Both the position numbers and the translations under genes were made by a program. A stretch of DNA of 32,000 nt from Bacilli bacterium (lineage in GTDB: Bacteria; Bacillota_I; Bacilli_A; RF39; UBA660): positions 1 through 32,000 of the forward strand of contig CAAGPL010000002.1 of assembly GCA_900771805.1 (NCBI GenBank), in the 5' to 3' direction. Under the pieces are notes generated by a model. It ran no database searches. It was not told the origin of the DNA and saw nothing but the letters and a program-made list of their open reading frames with translations. Positions 18,452-27,165 of the stretch are shown piece by piece. How positions within the stretch are numbered: the stretch's first letter is position 1; every line of letters starts with the position of its first letter.

Positions 18452-18627
18452 AAGTGTTAGATAAAGAAAGAGTAAAAAGCGTAGTAGGAGCAACAGCAGA
18501 AAATTATGCTTCAGTATGCAATAGCTGCGCATGTGGTGGTGGAACAGGTTCATGTAATACAACATGTAAGGGTTGCAAGGACAAAAGTGAAAACATTAAG
18601 GAAGTAAGAGAAGTATATAAAAAATAA
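18448..18627 (+). CDS. Cys-rich 59-aa putative RiPP precursor peptide
   Basis: MKVLDKERVKSVVGATAENYASVCNSCACGGGTGSCNTTCKGCKDKSENIKEVREVYKK. GGAGGTG RBS is present, and the ATG overlaps the maturase stop (ATGA). Coordinates are taken from residue 22 of the track ORF 18385-18627. Confidence 0.75.
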   Translation: MKVLDKERVKSVVGATAENYASVCNSCACGGGTGSCNTTCKGCKDKSENIKEVREVYKK

Positions 18628-18667
18628 GGACTCATGTTCTTATTTTTATGTTATTAGGGGGATTATT

Positions 18668-19609
18668 ATGATAATAGATGCTCATAGTCATATCGGTAGA
18701 GATTTTTATTTTGGAGAATCTAAAATAGAAGATTATGATAAATTTTGTGTTAAAAATAATATAGATGTAGGCTTTTTAATGCCAATGCCATGGCCAGTAT
18801 ATAGCAAAAATGGTACTGATATTTGTTCTTTATTGTGGGAACATGAAAATTATGAAAAAATTAATTATTATAAATTTTATCTTAAAAACAATGAAAAAGA
18901 TACTATAATTTATAATCCGTATGAGGAAATTAATAAGTTTTATTATGAAAAGTTACAAAATTATAATTCTAAAACTAAAGTGAAATTTATACCATTAGTT
19001 CATGGAAAATTAGATAATCCATATTATTTAGAAAATATGATAAGAAAAACAAAGCCAGTAGCTATAAAATTTCATGGCTTTAGTGGTGGTTTCTTTACAG
19101 ATGATATAAAAGAAGATATTATAGATATAATTAAATTTTATGATATACCTATTATTATTCATACATCAGTATATAAATATAATGATGGATATGGAGTAGA
19201 TACAAAATATTTCAGAAATAAATGTAGTCCTAAAAATTGGTATGAATTTTTAAAATCAAATAATTTAAAGGGTGTTTTAAATCACGGAGCGTGTTTAGAT
19301 GAAGAAATTATAAAAAAAGTTAATTCTAATAAAAATATAATGATAGGAATAGGTCCTGACTATGATATAGCAAGTGATCCATATAAAGTTTTAACTGAGA
19401 AAAAATTGTACTTAGATGTTGGATATTTGAATTTGCTAAAGAATATGATAGATCCAGAAAAACTTCTTTTTGATGTTGATTATAATTGGAATTTTGGTAA
19501 TAATAATGAACTGGACAATGATTCTATAAAAAGAATTAGAAAAACGTGGAATTATCTAGATAGTGAAAATATACTTGGTAAAAATGCTAAGGCTTTTTAT
19601 AGACTTTGA
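18668..19609 (+). CDS. Amidohydrolase-fold (TIM-barrel metal-dependent hydrolase, Amidohydro_2-like) protein (313 aa)
   Basis: N-terminal MIIDAHSHIG (HxH metal motif), with later candidate ligands in IKFHGF, IIIHTS, LNHGAC and LFDVDY. GGGGGA RBS is present. It starts 40 bp after the peptide gene. Confidence 0.7.
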   Translation: MIIDAHSHIGRDFYFGESKIEDYDKFCVKNNIDVGFLMPMPWPVYSKNGTDICSLLWEHENYEKINYYKFYLKNNEKDTIIYNPYEEINKFYYEKLQNYNSKTKVKFIPLVHGKLDNPYYLENMIRKTKPVAIKFHGFSGGFFTDDIKEDIIDIIKFYDIPIIIHTSVYKYNDGYGVDTKYFRNKCSPKNWYEFLKSNNLKGVLNHGACLDEEIIKKVNSNKNIMIGIGPDYDIASDPYKVLTEKKLYLDVGYLNLLKNMIDPEKLLFDVDYNWNFGNNNELDNDSIKRIRKTWNYLDSENILGKNAKAFYRL

Positions 19610-19689
19610 TATCTTAATTTTGAAGTGGCATATTTGTAATTTTTTTGTATAAAAAGTATTTCATGTGTTATAATTAAATAGGTGATAAC

Positions 19690-20154
19690 ATGAAGGTAAT
19701 AGTTGTTGATGATTCTAAAGCAAATAAAAAGAAGTATAAAAATAAAAGTGATAATGGAAACAACATAGAATATAGATTAAATTTATTTTTAGAATGGTTA
19801 ATTTATATGTTTGGATATGCTGTTGTTTTACTTATAACATCGAATTTATTTAGACCATTATATGTAGAAAACTTTTGGTATGGTTTTATTGCAGCAATAT
19901 TAATATATATATTAAATAAAACTATAAAGCCATTTTTAGTTACTATATCTCTTCCGATTATTGGAATGTCTCTTGGACTGTTTTATATTGTAATTAATGT
20001 ATTTATTTTACTTTTAGTTAGCTTAATATTAGGTAAACATTTTTACTTAACTGGTTTTTTCTCACCTTTTATAGTGGCATTGTTTATAAGTTTAATGAAT
20101 ATTTTAATGGAAGGTTTTATTATAAAACCTCTTATAGAAAGGTGCAAAAAATAA
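19690..20154 (+). CDS. DUF360 / phage-holin-4-like membrane protein (YvlD-like)
   Basis: Four TM helices in the typical pattern FWYGFIAAILIYILNKTIKPFLVTISLPIIGMSLGLFYIVINVFILLLVS. Confidence 0.7.
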   Translation: MKVIVVDDSKANKKKYKNKSDNGNNIEYRLNLFLEWLIYMFGYAVVLLITSNLFRPLYVENFWYGFIAAILIYILNKTIKPFLVTISLPIIGMSLGLFYIVINVFILLLVSLILGKHFYLTGFFSPFIVALFISLMNILMEGFIIKPLIERCKK

Positions 20155-20155
20155 T

Positions 20156-20965
20156 ATGAATAGTATATTTATTAGTATAGGAAAAATTTCAATAACTTGG
20201 TATTCTATTTTTATTTTATTGGGGGTTTTATTGGCAACTTTTATTATAAAAAAGGAAGCTAACAAAAATGATATACCTACTAGTTTTATTACAAATCTTG
20301 TATTTTGGTGTGTTTTTTATGGAATAATTGGAGCAAGGATTTATTATGTTTTGTTTAATTTGGATTATTATGCAATTAATCCAGTTGAAATAATAAAAAT
20401 TTGGAATGGTGGTCTTGCTATTCATGGTGGTTTGATAGCGGGATTAATAACATTTATTATTTATTGCAAAAAATATGAAGTTAATGTTTTGAAAATGCTA
20501 GACATTTCAGTTCCTGGACTTATATTGGCACAAGCAATTGGAAGATGGGGCAACTTTTTTAATAGTGAAGCTCACGGCGGAATTGTATCACGTATATTTT
20601 TAGAAAATTTACATATACCAAAATTTATAATAAAAGGAATGTATATTAATGGTAATTATTATCATCCGACATTTTTTTATGAATCATTATTCTGCTTTAT
20701 TGGATTCTTTGTATTAATTGGAATAAGAAGTCTTAAAAAAACAAAAGTAGGAACGACTACTTCAATATATTTGATATGGTATGGGATAGTAAGATTCTTT
20801 GTGGAATCATTAAGAACAGATAGTTTGATGTTATCTTCTATTAAAATTGCACAACTAGTATCAGTTTTAATGGTTATTTTGGGTATTATATTGCTTATTA
20901 TATCTAAAACTAAGTTCAAAGAATATTCTAAAGAGGTGGCCTGCGAAAATGAAATCAAATTCTAA
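20156..20965 (+). CDS. lgt: Prolipoprotein diacylglyceryl transferase
   Basis: HGGLIAG and GRWGNFFNSEAHG signature segments, with a polytopic membrane profile. Confidence 0.92.
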   Translation: MNSIFISIGKISITWYSIFILLGVLLATFIIKKEANKNDIPTSFITNLVFWCVFYGIIGARIYYVLFNLDYYAINPVEIIKIWNGGLAIHGGLIAGLITFIIYCKKYEVNVLKMLDISVPGLILAQAIGRWGNFFNSEAHGGIVSRIFLENLHIPKFIIKGMYINGNYYHPTFFYESLFCFIGFFVLIGIRSLKKTKVGTTTSIYLIWYGIVRFFVESLRTDSLMLSSIKIAQLVSVLMVILGIILLIISKTKFKEYSKEVACENEIKF

Positions 20966-21863
20966 TTATGATGTTATAGTTGTTGGAGCAGGTCCTGCTG
21001 GACTATCTGCTTCAATTTATTTAAAAAGAGCAAATGTAAAAGTTTTGGTAATAGAAGCAAATTCACCAGGTGGTACTTTAAATAAAATATATAATATAGA
21101 AAATTATCCTGGTTATACAGAATCAGATGGCACTACATTAGCTTTTAGAATGTATAGTCAAGCAGAAAAATTAGGTGTTGATTTTAAAACTGATAAAGTA
21201 ATTAATATAGAACAAGAAGATAATAATTATAAAATAATAGCATCAAATAATTTTTATTATTCAAAAATTGTATTAATTGCAAGTGGAAAGGTGCCTAGAA
21301 AGTTATCTATTAAAGAAGCTGAAAAATATGAAAATAAAGGTATATCATACTGTACATATTGTGACGGACCACTTTATAAAAATAAAGATATAGCTATTAT
21401 AGGTGGTGGAAATACTGCAATGGAATCTGTTAGATATATGAATAATTTAGCAAGAAAAATATATGTTATTAATAGATCGTTATTAAGAGCAGATGAAATA
21501 GAACAAGAAATATTAAATAATAATGATAAAATTGAAGTTATAGTAAATGCTAATTTAAAACAAATAAATGGTGATGAAAATAAAATAACATCAATACAAT
21601 TAGATAATGGAAGAAAGATAAATGTAGATGCTATATTTGTATGCATAGGTGTTGAAGCATCTAATAAATATTTTCAAAACTTGAATTTAAATAGTGATAA
21701 TTTGGGTATTATTGTAGATAAAAATATGAAATCAAGTCGTTGTGGTGTATATGCTTGTGGTGATGCTATAAGTAAAAAATTATATCAAGTAGTAACAGCA
21801 GTGGCAGAAGGTGCACAAGCAGCAACAAGTATAATAAAAGAATTGAAAACTTCTATTAAATAA
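20949..21863 (+). CDS. trxB: Thioredoxin-reductase-like flavoprotein (low-Mr TrxR family)
   Basis: FAD motif VVGAGPAGLSA, redox CxxC (CTYCDG), second dinucleotide motif GGGNTAMES and C-terminal GDAxxK...QVVTAVAEGAQAA. The usual HRRDxFRA motif is replaced by NRSLLRAD. Confidence 0.8.
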   Translation: MKSNSNYDVIVVGAGPAGLSASIYLKRANVKVLVIEANSPGGTLNKIYNIENYPGYTESDGTTLAFRMYSQAEKLGVDFKTDKVINIEQEDNNYKIIASNNFYYSKIVLIASGKVPRKLSIKEAEKYENKGISYCTYCDGPLYKNKDIAIIGGGNTAMESVRYMNNLARKIYVINRSLLRADEIEQEILNNNDKIEVIVNANLKQINGDENKITSIQLDNGRKINVDAIFVCIGVEASNKYFQNLNLNSDNLGIIVDKNMKSSRCGVYACGDAISKKLYQVVTAVAEGAQAATSIIKELKTSIK

Positions 21864-21903
21864 TAGAATTTTCTTTTTTTATATAAAAAAACACCTGGAT
21901 ATG

Positions 21904-21932
21904 TTGAAAAAGATTTCTTTATTTGATATAAT
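21904..21932 (+). promoter_or_regulatory. Sigma-A promoter candidate for whiA (TTGAAA-17-TATAAT)
   Basis: Near-consensus hexamers with a 17-bp spacer, 25 bp upstream of ATG 21957. Confidence 0.55.
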
Positions 21933-21956
21933 GACTAAGGATAAGGATGTGATGCT

Positions 21957-22889
21957 ATGACATTTTCAAGTAAAATAAAAAGAGAAGTAAGTACGGTAGA
22001 ATGTACAAGAGCTGAATATCTATCCGAATTATCAGGTATAATAAGAACAAATGCAGAAATAAAAATATATAATATTAAAATTCAGACAGAAAATAAATTT
22101 GTTGCAAATCGTATTTTTGGATTGTTTAAAATTTTATATGATATTAATCTTAATATTTCATTAAGAAAAAACTATAATTTTAAAAAGAATGAAATTTATG
22201 TTTTAGAACTAAAAAAAGATACATTAAAGGTATTAAGAGATTTGGGAATTGTTAATGAAAAAAACCAACTTCTTAGAATACCTAGTTCCTCTTTATTATC
22301 TGATGAAGAATTAACAAGAGCATATTTAAGAGGGGTTTTTATGGTGTCGGGAAGTTTAAATGATCCTAAAACTTCAAGATATCATTTAGAATTTTTAATA
22401 AATGATACTATGTATGCTAAGTTTTTAAATGAACTTTTAAATAATAATAACTTAAATAGTAAAATTTTGCATCGTAAAAAAGGTTATATGATATATATTA
22501 AAGAAGCTGAAAAAATAAGTGATTTCTTAAGACTTATAAGAGCTTATAATGGTGTTATGTACTATGAGGAGATTCGAGTATATAGAGAGAAAATAAATAT
22601 GACAAATAGACTTAATAATTGTGAACAAGCAAATGTTGAAAAAATGGTTGCAACTTCAAATAAATTAATTAATGATATAAAATTATTAAGAGAAAAAGAT
22701 ATGTTTGATTTATTAGATGATAAAGTAAAAGAAAGTGCTGTTTATAGGGAAAAATATCCAGAAACATCACTTTTAGAACTAAGTAAAATAATGACTATGG
22801 AAACAGGTAGTAACATTACAAAATCTTGTTTAAATCATAGGTTTAGAAAGATAAAAGAATTAGCTTTAAAGGCATCTTTCAAAAATTAA
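21957..22889 (+). CDS. whiA: DNA-binding protein WhiA
   Basis: MTFSSKIKREV start, degenerate LAGLIDADG-like middle region (YLRGVFMVSGSLNDP) and a C-terminal HTH (SLLELSKIM...SKSCLNHRFRKI). Confidence 0.9.
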   Translation: MTFSSKIKREVSTVECTRAEYLSELSGIIRTNAEIKIYNIKIQTENKFVANRIFGLFKILYDINLNISLRKNYNFKKNEIYVLELKKDTLKVLRDLGIVNEKNQLLRIPSSSLLSDEELTRAYLRGVFMVSGSLNDPKTSRYHLEFLINDTMYAKFLNELLNNNNLNSKILHRKKGYMIYIKEAEKISDFLRLIRAYNGVMYYEEIRVYREKINMTNRLNNCEQANVEKMVATSNKLINDIKLLREKDMFDLLDDKVKESAVYREKYPETSLLELSKIMTMETGSNITKSCLNHRFRKIKELALKASFKN

Positions 22890-22967
22890 AATAATAAAGT
22901 CTTTTAAAAATGACTTTTTTTTGATAGAATATAATTATTGAATAATACGTAAAGGGAAGTGTTTTAT

Positions 22968-23762
22968 ATGGGCAAAGTTATAGCTTTGGTTAATCAAAAA
23001 GGTGGTGTAGGTAAAACTACAACTAGTATAAATTTAGCAGCATCATTAGGAGTTCAAAATAAAAAAGTTTTACTTATAGATTTAGACCCACAAGGAAATG
23101 CTTCCACAGGTGTTGGTATAAATAAAGGTGATGTAAATAAAAGTATTTATGATTTGTTATTAGCAAGATGTACGCCAGAGGAAGCTGTTATAAGAACCAA
23201 CTTTAAAAATTTAAGTATAATTCCTGCAACTATTAATCTAGCGGGTGCTGATATAGAACTTATTGAAAAAGCAAAGGCAGATCCTACTTTTCAAAAAAAT
23301 ATGCAACTTAAATTAGGAATTGAAAAAATAAAAGATAATTATGATTTTATAATTATTGATTGTCCTCCTTCTTTGGGACTTTTAACAACAAATGCTCTTA
23401 CTTGTGCAAATTCTGTTTTAATACCAGTTCAATGTGAATTTTTTGCACTAGAAGGAATAATGCAACTTTTAAATTCGATAATGTTAGCACAAAAAAAACT
23501 TAATCCATCACTTGAAATAGAAGGTGTTTTACTTACAATGCTTGATTCTAGAACTAATTTAGGGCTAGAAGTTGTAGAAGAAATAAGAGGATTTTTTAAA
23601 GAAAGAGTTTATAATACTTTAATACCAAGATTAATAAGATTAACGGAAGCACCAAGCCATGGTAAACCAATAGTGGCATATGATCCTATGAGTCGAGGTA
23701 CAGAAGCATATTTAAATTTAGCTAAGGAGGTTATAGAGCAAAATGAAAGAAGAAACGGGTAA
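22968..23762 (+). CDS. parA: Chromosome partitioning ATPase ParA/Soj
   Basis: Deviant Walker A NQKGGVGKTTT, plus DLDPQGN and IIDCPPSLG. Confidence 0.93.
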   Translation: MGKVIALVNQKGGVGKTTTSINLAASLGVQNKKVLLIDLDPQGNASTGVGINKGDVNKSIYDLLLARCTPEEAVIRTNFKNLSIIPATINLAGADIELIEKAKADPTFQKNMQLKLGIEKIKDNYDFIIIDCPPSLGLLTTNALTCANSVLIPVQCEFFALEGIMQLLNSIMLAQKKLNPSLEIEGVLLTMLDSRTNLGLEVVEEIRGFFKERVYNTLIPRLIRLTEAPSHGKPIVAYDPMSRGTEAYLNLAKEVIEQNERRNG

Positions 23763-24630
23763 AAGAAGAGCTCTTGGAATGGGGTTAGAGCAATTATTTA
23801 ATTCTGAAATGCTTGATTTTGAACAGGTTGAAAAAGATATAGTAAAAGAAGCTACAAAAGATGAAATAGTAATGATAAATTTAGATGAATTGAAATCTAA
23901 TCCTTATCAGCCAAGAAAAATATTTGATGATGATGCATTAAAAGAACTTTCACTATCAATTAAAGAACATGGTGTTTTTCAACCTATAATAGTTAGAAAA
24001 AGTGTTAAAGGATATAACATAATAGCGGGTGAAAGAAGAGCTAAAGCATCACGTCTTGCGGGATTAACACAAATACCTGCAATAATTAGAGATTTTACTG
24101 ATGATGAAATGATGCAAGTAGCACTATTAGAAAATTTGCAAAGAGAGAACTTAAGTGCTATAGAGGAAGCAAAAGCATATAAATCAATAATAGAATCACT
24201 TAGATTAACACAAGATGAACTTGCTAAAAAATTGGGAAAATCAAGAAGTCATATTACTAATATGCTTGGATTACTTAGATTACCATTAAGTGTTCAAGAT
24301 ATGGTTTTATATGACAAAATATCAATGGGTCATGCAAGAATACTTAGTAAATTAGAGAATAAAGATCAAATAGAAGAATTAGCTAATAAAATTGTTAATG
24401 AAAACTTAAGTGTTAGAGATTTAGAAAATATAACTTCAGTATCATCATTTTCAAGAATAGCACCTATTAAAAAAAGTGAAAAAACAAAAGAATATAAATA
24501 TGCAGAGGATGCAATAAAAGAAAAACTTGGAACAAAAGTTTTAATTTCTGGAAATAAGATCAAAATTTCTTTTGCTACAAAAGAAGATCTTAATAGAATT
24601 CTTGAAATATTAGACATAGAAGTAGAATAG
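23743..24630 (+). CDS. parB: Chromosome partitioning protein ParB/Spo0J
   Basis: RALGMGLEQLF, NPYQPRK, the GERRAKASRLAG arginine patch, and an HTH (TQDELAKKLGKSRSHITNMLGLLRL). Confidence 0.93.
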   Translation: MKEETGKRRALGMGLEQLFNSEMLDFEQVEKDIVKEATKDEIVMINLDELKSNPYQPRKIFDDDALKELSLSIKEHGVFQPIIVRKSVKGYNIIAGERRAKASRLAGLTQIPAIIRDFTDDEMMQVALLENLQRENLSAIEEAKAYKSIIESLRLTQDELAKKLGKSRSHITNMLGLLRLPLSVQDMVLYDKISMGHARILSKLENKDQIEELANKIVNENLSVRDLENITSVSSFSRIAPIKKSEKTKEYKYAEDAIKEKLGTKVLISGNKIKISFATKEDLNRILEILDIEVE

Positions 24631-24640
24631 AGGAATTTAT

Positions 24641-25447
24641 ATGAAAATATTTGGACTTAAAATTGCAAAAGAAATATATATGCCAATATTAATAATTATA
24701 ATAGCAATTTTAACTGAAAGAATCTTAAAAAATATTATAAATAAAACATTTAATCCTGAAAAAAAACATCATAAATTTGATTCTAGAAAAGTAAGTACAA
24801 TAAGAAGTTTATTATGTAACATTACAAAATATGTAGTTTGGATAGTAGCAGCTTTATCAATCCTTAGTGTTTACGGAGTTAATACAGCAGCTATAATTAC
24901 TGGACTTGGAGTTGTAAGTTTAGTTATTGGACTTGCATTTCAAGATATGTTAAAAGATATATTAGTTGGTGTTTCTATATTATTTGAAAATTGGTATGCT
25001 GTAGGGGATTTAGTTAAAATTGGCGATTTTGAAGGAACTGTAATTGCTTTGGGGCTTAAAACAACAAGAGTGCAGGCATTTACTGGGGAAATTAAAATTA
25101 TATCAAATAGAAATATAACAGAGCTTACTAATTATAGTATTGATAAAACTTTAGCAGTAGTAGATTTATCTGTTAGTTATGAATCAAAAATAGATAAAGT
25201 TGAGAAAATTATATTAGTTGCGGCAGCATCAATTAAAGATAAAATTCCAAATATTATAGGAGATATAAATTTACTTGGTATAGAAAAATTAGGTGATTCT
25301 GCTGTTGTTTTTAGAATAGTTGCAAAATGTAAGCCTGCAAAACATTATGAAGTACAAAGACAACTAAAAAAAGAATTTAAAAACGTTTTAGATAAAAATG
25401 GTATAAAAATACCATATCCTCAGGTGGAGGTTCATTATGAAAAATAA
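24641..25447 (+). CDS. Small-conductance mechanosensitive channel (MscS family)
   Basis: Three TMs followed by GLAFQDMLKDILVGVSILFENWYAVGDLVKIGDFEGTVIALGLKTTRV. Confidence 0.85.
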   Translation: MKIFGLKIAKEIYMPILIIIIAILTERILKNIINKTFNPEKKHHKFDSRKVSTIRSLLCNITKYVVWIVAALSILSVYGVNTAAIITGLGVVSLVIGLAFQDMLKDILVGVSILFENWYAVGDLVKIGDFEGTVIALGLKTTRVQAFTGEIKIISNRNITELTNYSIDKTLAVVDLSVSYESKIDKVEKIILVAAASIKDKIPNIIGDINLLGIEKLGDSAVVFRIVAKCKPAKHYEVQRQLKKEFKNVLDKNGIKIPYPQVEVHYEK

Positions 25448-25631
25448 CTATGAATTAGGTTCTATAGTATTAATGAAGAAAGCACATCCGTGTGGTGATA
25501 ATAAATTTAAAATAGTAAGAACGGGTGTAGATATTAAAATAAAATGTGAAAATTGTGGAAGATGTATTATGCTTCCTAGAATAGAATTTAATAAAAAGAT
25601 AAAAAAGGTGTTGGAGGTAGAAAATGATTAA
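25437..25631 (+). CDS. DUF951 family small protein
   Basis: GSIVLMKKAHPCGDNKFKIVRTGVDIKIKCENCGRCIMLPR matches the conserved DUF951 pattern. Its position near parB is conserved in Firmicutes. Confidence 0.75.
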   Translation: MKNNYELGSIVLMKKAHPCGDNKFKIVRTGVDIKIKCENCGRCIMLPRIEFNKKIKKVLEVEND

Positions 25632-27165
25632 AGATAAAAAAATTAAAAGATCTTCTCATCCTGTGATGTTCTTTATTTATATATCACTGCTAGTTATTAT
25701 TTTAAGTGGTATTTTAAGTGCTTTAAATATACAAGTTACATATAATAAATTAACAACTATAATAGGAGAGGTAGAATCAACAACAACAACAGTTAATTCA
25801 CTTATTAGTTTAGATGGTTTTAAATTTTTACTTACATCTTTATATGATAATTTAATATCATTTGCACCTTTTGGTTCATTACTTATGGCAGCTATTGCAT
25901 TTGGTATAGCACTTAAAAGTGGATTTTTAAAAACATTATGTAATAAAATGACTAATAAAATTCCTAAGTTTATAGTAGTATTCTTATATTCTTTATTGTG
26001 TATTATAGTAAGTGTTGATGGTAATTTAGGTTATGTATTATTACTTCCTTTTGGTGCAATATTATTTATGAGTATGAATAGAAATCCTATAGGTGGATTA
26101 GCCCTTGGCTTTTCTTCTTTATCAATGGGTCACGGTGCTGGGTTATTTATAAATTCTTTGGATTATAATTTATCAAGTTATACAGAAGCAAGTGCTAAGC
26201 TTTTAGATACAGATTATGTTGTAAGTCAAAGTAGTAATATTATATTTATAATAGTTGCAAGTATAATTATTGCAGCAATATCTACATTTATTACTGAAAG
26301 ATTTATAGTAAGAAAATTAGGAAGAAATCAATTTGAAGAAGAGGAAGAAATAATAGTAGAAGAACAGTCAGAGAAAAAAGGTTTAATAGGAGTATTAATC
26401 GCAACTGTTATTTTGCTTATTCCCTTTATTTTAATGATAATTCCATCATCTAAAGATGGTTTTATAGGTTTATTACTTGATAAATCTCAAACATTATATT
26501 CGAAAATGTTATTTTCATCAGATTCATTACTTATGGATAATTTAGTAGGAATTGTATCAATTTTATTAATTCTTCAAGGCTTTATATATGGCGTTATAAC
26601 AGGTACAATTAAAAAAATAAGAGATTTAGTTAATTTCTCTACCGATTATTTAAAAACCGTAGGAGGAATATTTGTATTAATATTTTTTGCTGCACAATTA
26701 TCAGCAATTATTAAAGAATCAAATTTAGGTGTTGTTATAACAGCAAGCTTATCTAATCTTATTGAAGCATCAGAATTTGCGTTTATACCATTAGTAATTT
26801 TATTGTTTTTTGTAACTATGCTCTGTAATATTATAGCTCCTCAGTCAGTTGCAAAATGGTCTATTTTAGCTCCTAATATTATGTCAACTATAATGAAAGC
26901 TAATATTACACCAGAATTTGCACAAATAATATTTAGAGTGGGAGATTCAGTAACTAACATAATAACACCAGTATTTAGTTATTTTGTTATATTTATTGGT
27001 TTTGTAGAAGTTTATACAAAAAATAAAAATGATTTTAGTATAAGAAATTGCTATAAAACAATACTTCCATACTTTTTTGCAGTAGGGTTAATATGGTTAA
27101 TATTAATTATCTGTTGGTATGTAATTGGGCTTCCTGTTGGCCCAGGAATATATCCTGCAGTTTAA
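25624..27165 (+). CDS. AbgT-family (p-aminobenzoyl-glutamate-type) transporter-like membrane protein
   Basis: 513 aa with more than 10 TMs. The N-terminal SSHPVMFFIYISLLVIILSGILS resembles the AbgT start. The assignment is from memory, not a search. Confidence 0.55.
   Translation: MIKDKKIKRSSHPVMFFIYISLLVIILSGILSALNIQVTYNKLTTIIGEVESTTTTVNSLISLDGFKFLLTSLYDNLISFAPFGSLLMAAIAFGIALKSGFLKTLCNKMTNKIPKFIVVFLYSLLCIIVSVDGNLGYVLLLPFGAILFMSMNRNPIGGLALGFSSLSMGHGAGLFINSLDYNLSSYTEASAKLLDTDYVVSQSSNIIFIIVASIIIAAISTFITERFIVRKLGRNQFEEEEEIIVEEQSEKKGLIGVLIATVILLIPFILMIIPSSKDGFIGLLLDKSQTLYSKMLFSSDSLLMDNLVGIVSILLILQGFIYGVITGTIKKIRDLVNFSTDYLKTVGGIFVLIFFAAQLSAIIKESNLGVVITASLSNLIEASEFAFIPLVILLFFVTMLCNIIAPQSVAKWSILAPNIMSTIMKANITPEFAQIIFRVGDSVTNIITPVFSYFVIFIGFVEVYTKNKNDFSIRNCYKTILPYFFAVGLIWLILIICWYVIGLPVGPGIYPAV

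Noticed and set aside
18385-18627. The 80-aa ORF in the track, starting inside the radical SAM gene (TTG start)
   Set aside because: The first 21 codons overlap the maturase C-terminus in another frame and have no RBS. The internal ATG (residue 22, position 18448) is preceded by GGAGGTG, so the 59-aa product is preferred. My manual base counting around 18420 and 18600 was ambiguous by 1 nt, so coordinates follow the ORF-track frame.
22959-24630. Search for a parS site (TGTTNCACGTGAAACA) in or near parA-parB
   Set aside because: I could not find a match, or a one- or two-mismatch variant, by eye. This needs a pattern scan, so nothing is reported.
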